A stretch of DNA of 64,000 nt from Solirubrobacterales bacterium (GCA_035461385.1 DATHVI010000174.1:29483-93482); one strand, 5' to 3'. Positions 1 to 8,613 are shown, numbered from the stretch's first letter. Notes: generated by a model not told the origin, from the letters alone. Numbers and translations: made by a program.

Positions 1-1
1 C

Positions 2-298
2 GGCCTGAACGCGATCGACCCGGCGACGGGACGATGCGCCGCCGGCTACTGGGTCGCCGCGCCCGCCCGCGGCCGCGGCGTCGCGACCCGCGCCCTGCGG
101 CTGCTCTGCCGCTACGGCTTCGACGAGCTCGGCCTCGACCGGATCGAGGCCTGGATCGACCCCGGCAACACAGGGTCGCTTCGCGTCGCCGAGCGGCTCG
201 GGTTCGCCCGCGAGGGCCTGCTGCGGTCGTTCATGCCGATCAACGGGATCCGGCGCGACATGCTGATGTGCTCGCTGCTGCCGGGGGATCTGCGCTGA
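2..298 (+). CDS. GNAT family N-acetyltransferase (RimJ/RimL-like), C-terminal fragment cut by window edge
   Basis: Open frame from base 2 to TGA at 296-298; absent from the ORF track because it has no start in the window. Translation ...GYWVAARARGRGVATRALRLLCRYGFDELGLDRIEAWIDPGNTGSLRVAERLGFAREGLLRSF... shows a GNAT acetyl-CoA loop and a RimJ-type C-terminus. Confidence 0.75.
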   Translation, partial: GLNAIDPATGRCAAGYWVAAPARGRGVATRALRLLCRYGFDELGLDRIEAWIDPGNTGSLRVAERLGFAREGLLRSFMPINGIRRDMLMCSLLPGDLR

Positions 299-418
299 GC
301 CGGGGAGCCGGCTCCCCGCCGTAGGGTCGATCCGGGTCGATCCGGTCGGCGGCAGCGAGCTTTGCGCCATCCCCCACAGCCTCGGCAATGCCGATGGCGC
401 ACGCTACGCTGAGGTGCG

Positions 419-985
419 ATGACCGAGATGAACGGCGATCGCAGCGCCTGGCTGCGTTGCTACCGCTGCTGGTCTACGCGCCTCGAGGCGCAGGTCCACT
501 ACGACGCGATCATCCGCGTCGATCCCGAGTCCGGCGAGACCGCCGAGCGGATGGAGGAGCTCCAGGAGGCCGTGGTCCAGTGTCTCGACTGCCTCCACGA
601 CCAGCCGCACCTGACGATTGACGAGGGGCGGGTGGTTCCGATCGAGGACCGCTGGGAGCGGATGGTCGCGGGCACGCCGTGGGTCGCCTCGTGCACGGTC
701 ACCGTCGACCAGGACAGCGTCGAGACGTGCTCCGGCCCGGACGCTGCCGACAGCCTCACCTTCGCCGCCTTCGGCGAGCAGGGAACGCGCGAGTTCTTCA
801 CCCACGTCCGCTTCCACAAGCACGACGAGGAGCTGATCATCGTCCACCTGCTGGTCGAGCTGTACGCGCGCTCGGCGGAGGAGGCGAGCGAGGTGCTCGA
901 GGGCGCGTCGCGGGGCACGCTCGAGCTCACCTCCCTGGCGGAGGAGTCCCGACCCCCCGCCCATGCCGCCGACGAGGCCCACTGA
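419..985 (+). CDS. hypothetical protein with two CxxC pairs (possible zinc ribbon)
   Basis: 188-aa ORF with protein-like composition. CYRC and CLDC motifs lie in the N-terminal 60 aa. No family recognised. Confidence 0.5.
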   Translation: MTEMNGDRSAWLRCYRCWSTRLEAQVHYDAIIRVDPESGETAERMEELQEAVVQCLDCLHDQPHLTIDEGRVVPIEDRWERMVAGTPWVASCTVTVDQDSVETCSGPDAADSLTFAAFGEQGTREFFTHVRFHKHDEELIIVHLLVELYARSAEEASEVLEGASRGTLELTSLAEESRPPAHAADEAH

Positions 986-1721
986 CGACACCGACCTCCT
1001 CGACGAGCTCTACCGGGAGCACCCCGACGGCTTCGTAGCCGGGCGCAACGAGCTCGCCAAGGACCTCCGCGGCGCCGGCGAGCGCGACCGGGCCGACGAG
1101 GTCGCCAAGCTGCGCAAGCCGAGCGTCGCGGCATGGCTGATCAACCGCGCGGCGCTGACCTCGGCGACCGAGGCCGAGGAGTTCGCCGACGCGAGCACCG
1201 AGCTCGAACGGGCGCAGCGGGCGGCGCTCGAGGGCCGCGATCGGGGCGGCGAGGCGTACCGGGCCGCGGCCGCGCGCGAGCGCGACGCAAGCGAGGCGCT
1301 GGTGAGGGCCGCGGAGTCGGCGGCCCGAGACGCCGGCCGCCCGGCCACCGATCGCAACCTCGAGCTGGTCAGGGAGACTCTCCAGGCCGCGGCCGGCGAC
1401 TCGGAGCTCCGCGACCGCGTCGTCCGCGGACGGGTCGAGCGCCAGCAGTCGGCCGCGACGCTCGGCGCCCTCGGGGCGGGCCCGCCGCCTCGCCGCCGCC
1501 CGGGGTCGGATAAGCGACGCCAGGTCGAGCGCGCCCGGCGCGAGCTGCGGCGGCTCGAGGACCAGCTCGCGCGGGCGAGCGCACGCTCCGAGCGCCTGCG
1601 CGCGCGGGTCGAGGAGGCCGGGGCGGCACTTCAACGGGAGCGTGAGAAGCTCGCCGCCAGCGAGCGAGAGATGGCGGAGCTCGAGCGCGAGGTCGACGCC
1701 GCGCGGCGGCGCGCGGGCTAG
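963..1721 (+). CDS. hypothetical Arg/Glu/Ala-rich coiled-coil protein
   Basis: 252-aa ORF overlapping the previous ORF by 23 nt. The N-terminus LLDELYREHPDGFVAGRNELAKDLR...KLRKPSVAAWLINRAAL resembles a widespread actinobacterial hypothetical family; the C-terminal half looks coiled-coil. Confidence 0.5.
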   Translation: MPPTRPTDDTDLLDELYREHPDGFVAGRNELAKDLRGAGERDRADEVAKLRKPSVAAWLINRAALTSATEAEEFADASTELERAQRAALEGRDRGGEAYRAAAARERDASEALVRAAESAARDAGRPATDRNLELVRETLQAAAGDSELRDRVVRGRVERQQSAATLGALGAGPPPRRRPGSDKRRQVERARRELRRLEDQLARASARSERLRARVEEAGAALQREREKLAASEREMAELEREVDAARRRAG

Positions 1722-1727
1722 CGATCA

Positions 1728-1833
1728 CCGTCGTCGCGTGTCGAGTGCAACGTCAACGGCAAGGGAGGTACTCAACGTCGCCGTCGTCGACCGTCGAGTG
1801 CAACGTTGGCGACAACGGAGGCACTCGAGGTCG
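1728..1833 (+). repeat. tandem duplication of a 53-nt unit (42/53 identical), each unit able to form a hairpin
   Basis: Unit 1 is 1728-1780 and unit 2 is 1781-1833, aligned base by base. Unit 2 stem is CGAGTGC (1795-1801) paired with GCACTCG (1821-1827). Unit 1 keeps the stem with one G-U pair. Confidence 0.85.
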
Positions 1834-1856
1834 CTGTCCGGTAAAACTCGGTCCCG

Positions 1857-2837
1857 GTGTCCGGGATCGGGGCCTTCGTCACATCGGGCCGCTCGCTCGA
1901 GCGGGCCCTCGACCGGGTCGCGCTCGCCGACCGGCTCGGGTTCGCATCCGCCTACACCACCCACATCGCCGCTCGCGACTCGCTGACGCTGGTCGCGGCC
2001 TACGCGGCCGCGACGGAGCGGATCCGGATTGGGACGGGAGTCGTGCCGATCTTCTCCCGGACCCCGGCGACGATGGCCCAGAGCGCGGCGACGATCGACG
2101 AGCTCTCCGGGGGGAGGATGGTGCTCGGGCTCGGTGTCTCGCACGCGTCAATCGTCGAGAGCTGGCACGGGGCGAAGATCACCAAGCCGGTGGCCCAGAT
2201 GCGCGAGTACGTCGCCGTGGTACGGGCGATCCTCCGCGGGGAGGACCCGCCGGAGTCCGGGCACTTCCCGACCGAGTTCCGTTTCATCGGCTACGAGGCG
2301 CGAGGGGACCTGCCGATCCACATCGCCGCGCTGTCGTCGAACATGCTCCGGCTCGCCGGCGAGGTTGCCGACGGGGTGATGCTGTGGCTCTGCAACCCCG
2401 ACTACATCCGCGACGTAGTCGTACCGGCGGTGCGCGAGGGCCGCGAGCGCGCCGGCAAGGGTCTCGAGGGCTTCGACGTCGTCGCCGCGGTCCCGGTCGC
2501 GCTCACGGACGACCCCGCCGCCGCACGCGCCGCGATGCGCCAGGACCTGATCCCCTACGCCTCGCTGCCGTTCTACCGCGCGATGTTCGAGCGCTCGGGG
2601 TTCGAGGCCGAGCTCGCGGCGTTCGACGAGGGCATGTCCGCGGGCGACGTCGAGCAGGCGAAAGCCGGGCTCTCGGACCGGATGCTCGATGCCCTCGCCG
2701 GGATCGGGGCGGCAGGCGACGTCCGGGCGGCGGTCGAACGCTACCGGGAAGCGGGGGCGACGTCGCCGTGCGTTGGCGGACTACCCGGCACCGACTTCAA
2801 CGCCGCGCTCGAAGCCGTCGCGGAATTGATCCCCTGA
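1857..2837 (+). CDS. LLM-class (luciferase-like) flavin/F420-dependent oxidoreductase
   Basis: 326-aa ORF with a GTG start. Motifs: LGFASAYTTH, RIRIGTGVVPIFSRTP, GGRMVLGLGVSH. Confidence 0.85.
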   Translation: MSGIGAFVTSGRSLERALDRVALADRLGFASAYTTHIAARDSLTLVAAYAAATERIRIGTGVVPIFSRTPATMAQSAATIDELSGGRMVLGLGVSHASIVESWHGAKITKPVAQMREYVAVVRAILRGEDPPESGHFPTEFRFIGYEARGDLPIHIAALSSNMLRLAGEVADGVMLWLCNPDYIRDVVVPAVREGRERAGKGLEGFDVVAAVPVALTDDPAAARAAMRQDLIPYASLPFYRAMFERSGFEAELAAFDEGMSAGDVEQAKAGLSDRMLDALAGIGAAGDVRAAVERYREAGATSPCVGGLPGTDFNAALEAVAELIP

Positions 2838-2971
2838 CGCGCGATTCACCGGCTCCCCGCCGTTCAGGGCGTTTCGGGAAGAAGCCGGATGAGGCGCTCA
2901 TCAGGTCGTGGCCCGGCCTCCCCGACCCGGACAGCGGCGCGCTGCGCTGGCCGATGACCCATCCGGTCCCC

Positions 2972-3502
2972 TCAGAGCGGTAGCCGCGAGCGCAGCCGTT
3001 GCAGGCGGACGATCACGGACTCGGCGGCTCCGCCGCGCGGGGGCAGCAGGCCGAGCTGTTGCGCGAGGTCCGAGAAGTCGTAGACGGCGCGGTAGCGCCA
3101 GATCAGTCCGCCGCGGAACTGAAGGACGTCGATGCCCTCGATGTCGACCGCTTTGCCGGTTGGCGCGAACCCCGGCGGGTCGAGCGGACCGTCGTTGGTG
3201 CCGAGCATCCGCCACGGCAGGTAGGCGACGAGCCGGTCGTCGCTGATCGCAGGCTCGCCGGCCGCGGCGAATCGGAGGTCCGAGAACGCGGTCACCCCAG
3301 TGGCCACAAACGACGCGACTTCGTCCCGCCCGCGCGCCGCCTCGGGCAGCGCCGGGTCCTCCCAGAGGACGTCCTCGGCGGCGCAGGCGGCGACGCCGCG
3401 GGGGTCGTGCCGGTTCCACGCCTCCTGGTAGGGCTTCGCGAACTCGCGCAGCCAGTCGATGCTCTCGATCGGTTCGGCCCCGTCGCCGAGCTTCGTCGCA
3501 AT
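2972..3502 (-). CDS. SnoaL-like / NTF2-fold protein (start codon unresolved)
   Basis: C-terminal part of the 2972-4315 minus ORF. It is a paralog of the 37684-38202 product (shared ...APTGKxVxxEGxDxL...DxxxLxxQLGxLP). No ATG/GTG/TTG lies between the upstream MaoC stop (3562) and the domain; 3502 is an in-frame ATT. Confidence 0.65.
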   Translation of the reverse strand: MATKLGDGAEPIESIDWLREFAKPYQEAWNRHDPRGVAACAAEDVLWEDPALPEAARGRDEVASFVATGVTAFSDLRFAAAGEPAISDDRLVAYLPWRMLGTNDGPLDPPGFAPTGKAVDIEGIDVLQFRGGLIWRYRAVYDFSDLAQQLGLLPPRGGAAESVIVRLQRLRSRLPL

Positions 3503-3561
3503 GCTTGCCTCGATCTCGCTCTCCTCCTCGATCCGCTCAGGGACGCCGGCGCCTATCGGCG

Positions 3562-4101
3562 CTAGTCGACGTCGCCCTCCGCCCTCGGCTCCTCGCCCTT
3601 TCGCGGCACCAACACCGAGCGCTTGAACTCGGCCACCAGCTCGCCGGTCTGCTTGTAGACACGGGTGTGGACCTTGACCACGCCGCGGTCGGGCTTCGAC
3701 TTCGACGGCCGCACCTCGAGCACCTCGGACTCGCAGTAGAGGGTGTCGCCGTGGAAGACCGGGTTCGGGTGGCTGAGCTCCTCGGTCGCGAGGTTCGCGA
3801 TCGCCTTCCCCGAGACGTCGCCGACGGTCATCCCGACGGCGAGCGAGTAGACCAGCGGCCCGACGACGACGTTTCGACCCTGCTGCGACTCCGACGCGTA
3901 GACGTCGTTGATGTGCAGCGGGTGGTGGTTCATCGTCAGCAGGCAGAACAGGTGGTCGTCGGCCTCGGTCACCGTCTTCGCCGGCCAGTGCTCGTAGGTC
4001 GCTCCGACCTCGAACTCCTCCAGGTAGCGCCCGTAGCGGCGAGCTCCGCTCGCCTCGCGGGCCGCTTGCTCGGTCCTCAGCTCGTGCTCGTTGTCGCTCA
4101 T
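3562..4101 (-). CDS. MaoC-family (R)-specific enoyl-CoA hydratase/dehydratase, single hot-dog domain
   Basis: 179 aa. Motifs: YEHWPAKTVTEADDHLFCLLTMNHHPLHIN, GKAIANL, HPNPVFHGDTLYCESEVLEV. From memory it resembles the single-domain MaoC hydratases found next to CitE-type lyases. Confidence 0.9.
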   Translation of the reverse strand: MSDNEHELRTEQAAREASGARRYGRYLEEFEVGATYEHWPAKTVTEADDHLFCLLTMNHHPLHINDVYASESQQGRNVVVGPLVYSLAVGMTVGDVSGKAIANLATEELSHPNPVFHGDTLYCESEVLEVRPSKSKPDRGVVKVHTRVYKQTGELVAEFKRSVLVPRKGEEPRAEGDVD

Positions 4102-4167
4102 CGGCTCCAGTCTCTCTCGTTGCGGTTGCGGCCGGGCGCGGGTTGCCCGGGGCGGGATCGTAGGAGG

Positions 4168-5163
4168 TCAGCTCGCGGTCAGCGCCGCCGGGGCGCCCTC
4201 GAAGCGGCCGACGTCGGCAGCCTCGCGCTCGATCGCGGCGAGCACCGGGTCGGTCAGCGGCGCGAACGGCTCGATCGAGATCTCGAGGCGGCGGCCGCTG
4301 CGCTTCGACGACCACAGTCCGACCAGCCGGCCATCGAGGCAGATCGTCGGCCGCAGGATCCCGCCGCCGGGGAGGACCCGCCGCTCGCCGTCGGCGTCGA
4401 CCGCGTGGACGCGCTCGGAGTAGCCCATCAGGTAGGTGTCGAATGCGGGCAGCAGGCGGACGAGCGGCGACGGCGGCGCCCGCGGGCGCGCGCGCCGCAG
4501 CGCCAGCAGCCTACCCCCGTCACCGACCTCCGCGAGCTCGCCGGCGATCCGGTCGAGCCCGCGGCGGCAGTCGCGCAGGCCGAGCCCCGACCACTTCGCC
4601 AGATCGCGATCGCTCGCCGGGCCGAACGCCCCCAGGTACCGGCGGGCGAGATCGGCGAGCGCGGCGTCGCGATCCGGGGCCGGCGCCTCGCCGAGCCAGT
4701 CCGCGGTCGCGACGAGCGTCCCGCTCGCGCCCTCGTCCGGGCCGATGCAGGCCGCGCCCTCGCTGACGACGACGCGGATCAGGTGAACCCGGGTCTCCGC
4801 TGGGACGGCGATCCCGGCGCGGCCGAGCCGCTCGACGAGCGCGTTGCGGGTCAGCAACCCGTCGGTTCCGAGCGCGCGCCTGATGATCGCGATCGCTCGA
4901 TCCTGGTCGCCGGCGTCGAGGCCCAGCTGCGCGAGGCGGCGGCGCGACTGGCGCACGGTCGCCGCCGCGAACAGCGGCCGCATCCAGCCGTAGTCCTCGC
5001 TTGCGACCAGGTGCACCGTTCCCCGCATCAGCCAACCGCGGACGAGCGACCGCGTCTCGACCCGCGCCCGCTCGACCGCGTCCGCCGTCAGCCCGCGAGC
5101 GCGGGCGCGGAAGTGGAGCAGCCCGGCACGCTTGTCCTGCGCCTGGGCGCCGGCGATCGCCAC
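4168..5163 (-). CDS. winged-helix DNA-binding protein, YcaQ/DUF1006 family (true N-terminus probably extends to about 5250-5265)
   Basis: 331-aa ORF from GTG 5163. The in-frame upstream peptide LAPRAIAPARLARLRAGSQLLNRPAAGRDPAAVAV still looks family-like but contains no ATG/GTG/TTG. Confidence 0.8.
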   Translation of the reverse strand: MAIAGAQAQDKRAGLLHFRARARGLTADAVERARVETRSLVRGWLMRGTVHLVASEDYGWMRPLFAAATVRQSRRRLAQLGLDAGDQDRAIAIIRRALGTDGLLTRNALVERLGRAGIAVPAETRVHLIRVVVSEGAACIGPDEGASGTLVATADWLGEAPAPDRDAALADLARRYLGAFGPASDRDLAKWSGLGLRDCRRGLDRIAGELAEVGDGGRLLALRRARPRAPPSPLVRLLPAFDTYLMGYSERVHAVDADGERRVLPGGGILRPTICLDGRLVGLWSSKRSGRRLEISIEPFAPLTDPVLAAIEREAADVGRFEGAPAALTAS

Positions 5164-5275
5164 CGCGACCGCCGCCGGGTCGCGGCCCGCGGCGGGCCGG
5201 TTGAGGAGCTGCGATCCGGCGCGCAGCCGGGCGAGCCGAGCCGGAGCGATCGCCCGCGGCGCCAGCGGGGCCGCC

Positions 5276-5638
5276 TCAGCGCGCCTTCCTCAGGCGCGCC
5301 CGAGCCTCCTGGCGCTCGATCACGGTCCCGATCAGCTTCTGGATCTCGGGGTCGCCCGAGATCCTGATCTGCCCGTGCTCGTAGGCCTCGCGCCAGTCAG
5401 GCAGCTTGCCGTCGGTGGCGAGCTCGTTGAAGATCGAGCGCGGCATCGAGATCTCGATCCGGGCGTCGTCGGGATCGCCCTTCGTCGTCTCCGGCCCCGG
5501 CACGCGAACCCGGAAGACCTGGATGTCGCCGCGGCCGCGGAGCTCGAGGCGCATCGTCAGCTTCAGCCGCGCGAGGGCCGGAACCTCGGCGGTGATGTTG
5601 CGGTAGGCGGTCGAGATCAGCTCTTGCGCTCGCGCCAT
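5276..5638 (-). CDS. SCP2 sterol-carrier-like domain protein
   Basis: 120 aa; LKLTMRLELRGRGDIQVFRVRV...FNELATDGKLPDWREAYEHGQIRISGD is typical of small SCP2 proteins. Confidence 0.75.
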   Translation of the reverse strand: MARAQELISTAYRNITAEVPALARLKLTMRLELRGRGDIQVFRVRVPGPETTKGDPDDARIEISMPRSIFNELATDGKLPDWREAYEHGQIRISGDPEIQKLIGTVIERQEARARLRKAR

Positions 5639-5680
5639 CTGGCGGAGAGTAAACGACCCGGCGCGCCCGTCCCAGGCCGG

Positions 5681-6895
5681 TCAGACCGGGTTACGCTCGA
5701 GCAGCTTCTTGCCGATCACCATCCGCTGGATCTCCGACGTCCCCTCGCCGATCAAGAGCAGCGGCGCATCGCGGTAGAGGCGCTCGATCTCGTACTCCTT
5801 CGAGTAGCCGTAGCCGCCGTGGATCCGGAACGACTCCTCGACGACCTCCTTGCCGGTCTCCGAGGCGAACAGCTTCGCCATCCCGGCCTCGAGGTCGGAT
5901 CGCTCGCCGGCGTCCTTGAGCCGCGCCGCCCGCATCGTCAGCAGCCGCGCCGCCTCGACCTTGGTCACCATGTCGGCGAGCTTGAACTGGATCGCCTGGT
6001 GCTGGGCGATCGGCTTGCCGAAGGTCTTGCGCTCCTGCGAGTAGCGCAGCGCGAGCTCGAGCGCCCGCTGGGCGATCCCGACCCCGCGGGCGGCGACGTT
6101 CACCCGCCCGACCTCGAGCGCGTCCATCATCTGCCGGAACCCCTGCCCGAGCCCATCGGGGCCGCCGAGGATCCGCTCCGGAGGACAGCGGTAGCCGTTG
6201 TAGACGAGCTCGGTCGATTCGACCCCCTTGTAGCCCATCTTGTTGATCTTCGGTGGGATCTCGAGGCCCGCGAACTCGCCCGAGTTCTTCTCCGCACCGG
6301 GTTCCTTCTCGGTGATGAAGCAGGTCATCCCCCTGTACGGCGGGTCGGCCTTGGGGTCGGTCTTCATCAACACGAAGACGACGCCGGAGCGGAGCCCGTT
6401 GGTGACCCACATCTTCTGGCCGCTGAGCTCCCAGGTGCCGTCGTCGGCGAGCTTCGCGGCCGCCTTGATCCCCTGCACGTCGGAGCCGACCTCGGGCTCC
6501 GAGAGCGAGAACGCCGCCCGGAGCTCGCCGGTCGCCATCTTCGGGAGGAAGTGCTGCCTCTGCTCGTCGGTTCCGAACTTCATCAGCAGGTAGGAGCCGA
6601 TGAAGTGGGTGTTGACGACGCCCGAGATCGAGATCCAGCCGCGCGAGAGCTCCTCGACGATGATCGCGTAGGTCGTCAGGTCGAGGCCCATCCCGCCGTA
6701 CTCCTCGGGGATCGTGACCCCGAACAGCCCGAGCTCCTTCATCTGCTCGACGATCGCGTCGGGGAACTTGTCCTCGTGATCGAACTCCTCGGCGACGGGA
6801 ATGATCTCGTTGTCGACGAACTCGCGCACCATCTCGCGGATCGCGCGCTGCTCGTCGGTCATCTCCTGCGGTGTACCGGCCGTTGCTACTGCCAT
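5681..6895 (-). CDS. acyl-CoA dehydrogenase
   Basis: 404 aa with ACAD motifs: AFSLSEPEVGSDV, MWVTNG, IHGGYGYSKEYEIERLYRDAPLLLIGEGTSEIQ. Confidence 0.95.
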   Translation of the reverse strand: MAVATAGTPQEMTDEQRAIREMVREFVDNEIIPVAEEFDHEDKFPDAIVEQMKELGLFGVTIPEEYGGMGLDLTTYAIIVEELSRGWISISGVVNTHFIGSYLLMKFGTDEQRQHFLPKMATGELRAAFSLSEPEVGSDVQGIKAAAKLADDGTWELSGQKMWVTNGLRSGVVFVLMKTDPKADPPYRGMTCFITEKEPGAEKNSGEFAGLEIPPKINKMGYKGVESTELVYNGYRCPPERILGGPDGLGQGFRQMMDALEVGRVNVAARGVGIAQRALELALRYSQERKTFGKPIAQHQAIQFKLADMVTKVEAARLLTMRAARLKDAGERSDLEAGMAKLFASETGKEVVEESFRIHGGYGYSKEYEIERLYRDAPLLLIGEGTSEIQRMVIGKKLLERNPV

Positions 6896-6976
6896 GGCTC
6901 CTCTCTCATCGAATGCGACCTGGATTCTGCAGCTTTGCGCCGTCGATGGTCGCCACCGGGCGGCCGGAAGCGGCGG

Positions 6977-7429
6977 TCAGAGCTCCCAGGCGTAGCTCCG
7001 CGACCGCCAGCTCGGGCGCTCGCGCTCGTAGAAGCGGTGGGCGTCGGCACGTGCGTCCGAGGAGTCGAGCTCGAGGTGGGTCGCGCCGCGCTCGCGGGCC
7101 CAGTCCTTGGCGGCGTCGAGGAGGCGCTTGCCGATTCCCGCCGAGCGCCGGACCGGATCGACGGCGAGGTCCTCGACCCACGCGCGGTACCCGAACCGGA
7201 CCGAGTGCAGGTCGAGGTACGCGGTGCAGATCCCGACCAGCCTCCGGTCGGTCGCGGCGACCAGAACGCATGCATCGTGGCAGGTGATCGCGTCGGAGAG
7301 CGCGACCGCCGCCCGGTTCGGGTCCCACAGTGCCGGGGTCGACGCGGGCGGCGCGAAGAGCCAGTCGTAGAGCGGGATCAGGCGCTCCACCTCATCGGCC
7401 CGCGCGGCGCGGATCTCGATCTCGCCCAT
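6977..7429 (-). CDS. GNAT family N-acetyltransferase
   Basis: 150 aa; WVEDLAVDPVRRSAGIGKRLLDAAKDWARERG contains the GNAT motif A. Confidence 0.85.
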   Translation of the reverse strand: MGEIEIRAARADEVERLIPLYDWLFAPPASTPALWDPNRAAVALSDAITCHDACVLVAATDRRLVGICTAYLDLHSVRFGYRAWVEDLAVDPVRRSAGIGKRLLDAAKDWARERGATHLELDSSDARADAHRFYERERPSWRSRSYAWEL

Positions 7430-7510
7430 CCCGGCGGAGGGTAGTGGCTCGGGTTCGCTGCGCTAGCGTCCCGGCCGAGAGAGGCACGGATCACCGACCA
7501 GGAGGCCCCC

Positions 7511-8560
7511 TTGCGTAACCCCCGCGACTTCTTCCATCCACTCGCGATCGGCGCACCGGATCCCCCGCGCGAGATCCCGGTCAAGCCGTCGCGGATGATC
7601 CACTTCCTCGACGCCTCGAACGAGAAGATGGTCGCCAAGGTCCCGGGGATGATCGAGCAGACCGACATCCTGCTCGGCAACCTCGAGGACGCGATTCCCG
7701 TCGACCGCAAGGAGGCGGCACGCAAGGGGCTCGTGCGGGTGGCCAAGGAGCACGACTTCGGCGACACGGCGCTGTGGACGCGGGTCAACGCGCTCGAGAG
7801 CCCGTGGGTGCTCGACGACCTGACGACCCTCGTCGGCGAGATCGGTGACGTCCTCGAGGCGATCATGGTCCCGAAGGTCGAGGGCCCGTGGGACATCCAC
7901 TACGTCGACCGCCTGCTCGCCCAGCTCGAGGCGAAGGCCGGGCTCGAGCGCCCGCTGATGGTCCACGCGATCCTCGAAACCTCGCTCGGGGTCGTCAACC
8001 TCGAGTCGATCGCGACCGCGAGCCCGCGGATGCAGGGGATGAGCTTCGGCCCCGCCGACCTCGCGGCGTTCAGGCGGATGAAGACGACCAGGGTCGGCGG
8101 CGGCCACCCGGCCTACCGGGTGATCGAGGACCCGGACCCGGACGACCCCGAGGCCCCGCGCGCGACCGCCCAGCAGGACCCGTGGCACTACTCGATCGCG
8201 CGGATGGTCGACGCCTGCACGGCGGCCGGGATCCTGCCGTTCTACGGGCCCTACGGCGACATCCGCGACAGCGAGGGCTGCGAGACCCAGTTCCGGGCGG
8301 CGTTCCTGCTCGGCTGCGTCGGCGCCTGGTCGCTCCACCCCGCGCAGATCGAGATCGCGAAGCGGGTCTTCAGCCCGCCCGCCGACGAGGTCAAGTTCGC
8401 GAAGAAGGTGCTCGAGGCGATCCCCGACGGCCGCGGCGTCCACATGATCGACGGCAAGATGCAGGACGACGCGACCTGGAAGCAGTGCAAGGTGATGGTC
8501 AGCCTCGCCGAGATGCTCGCCCGTAAGGACCCGGAACTGGCGAAGGCCTACGAGCTCTGA
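7511..8560 (+). CDS. HpcH/HpaI aldolase / CitE family acyl-CoA lyase; Chloroflexus-type L-malyl-CoA/beta-methylmalyl-CoA lyase-like
   Basis: 349 aa with a TTG start preceded by [48 protein letters not shown] and [17 protein letters not shown] match my recollection of about 348-aa Mcl enzymes. No search was run. Confidence 0.8.
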   Translation: MRNPRDFFHPLAIGAPDPPREIPVKPSRMIHFLDASNEKMVAKVPGMIEQTDILLGNLEDAIPVDRKEAARKGLVRVAKEHDFGDTALWTRVNALESPWVLDDLTTLVGEIGDVLEAIMVPKVEGPWDIHYVDRLLAQLEAKAGLERPLMVHAILETSLGVVNLESIATASPRMQGMSFGPADLAAFRRMKTTRVGGGHPAYRVIEDPDPDDPEAPRATAQQDPWHYSIARMVDACTAAGILPFYGPYGDIRDSEGCETQFRAAFLLGCVGAWSLHPAQIEIAKRVFSPPADEVKFAKKVLEAIPDGRGVHMIDGKMQDDATWKQCKVMVSLAEMLARKDPELAKAYEL

Positions 8561-8613
8561 GGACTGGACGGACGTGGATCCACGCACCTGCTGTGTGGGT
8601 GAATCGCCGTTCG

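Noticed and set aside
1728-1833. Guanidine-II (mini-ykkC) riboswitch, considered because two tandem hairpins each contain ACGU
   Set aside because: The ACGU is not an ACGR tetraloop closed by a G-C-rich stem. The loops here are about 19 nt, so they do not fit that motif.
3505-7444. Very long plus-strand ORFs (3505-5367, 620 aa; 5132-7444, 770 aa) opposite the MaoC/YcaQ/SCP2/ACAD genes
   Set aside because: They are Arg/Pro/Gly/Asp-rich low-complexity translations with no motifs, lying exactly antisense to genes with clear family signatures. This is the typical stop-codon-poor antisense frame of high-GC DNA.
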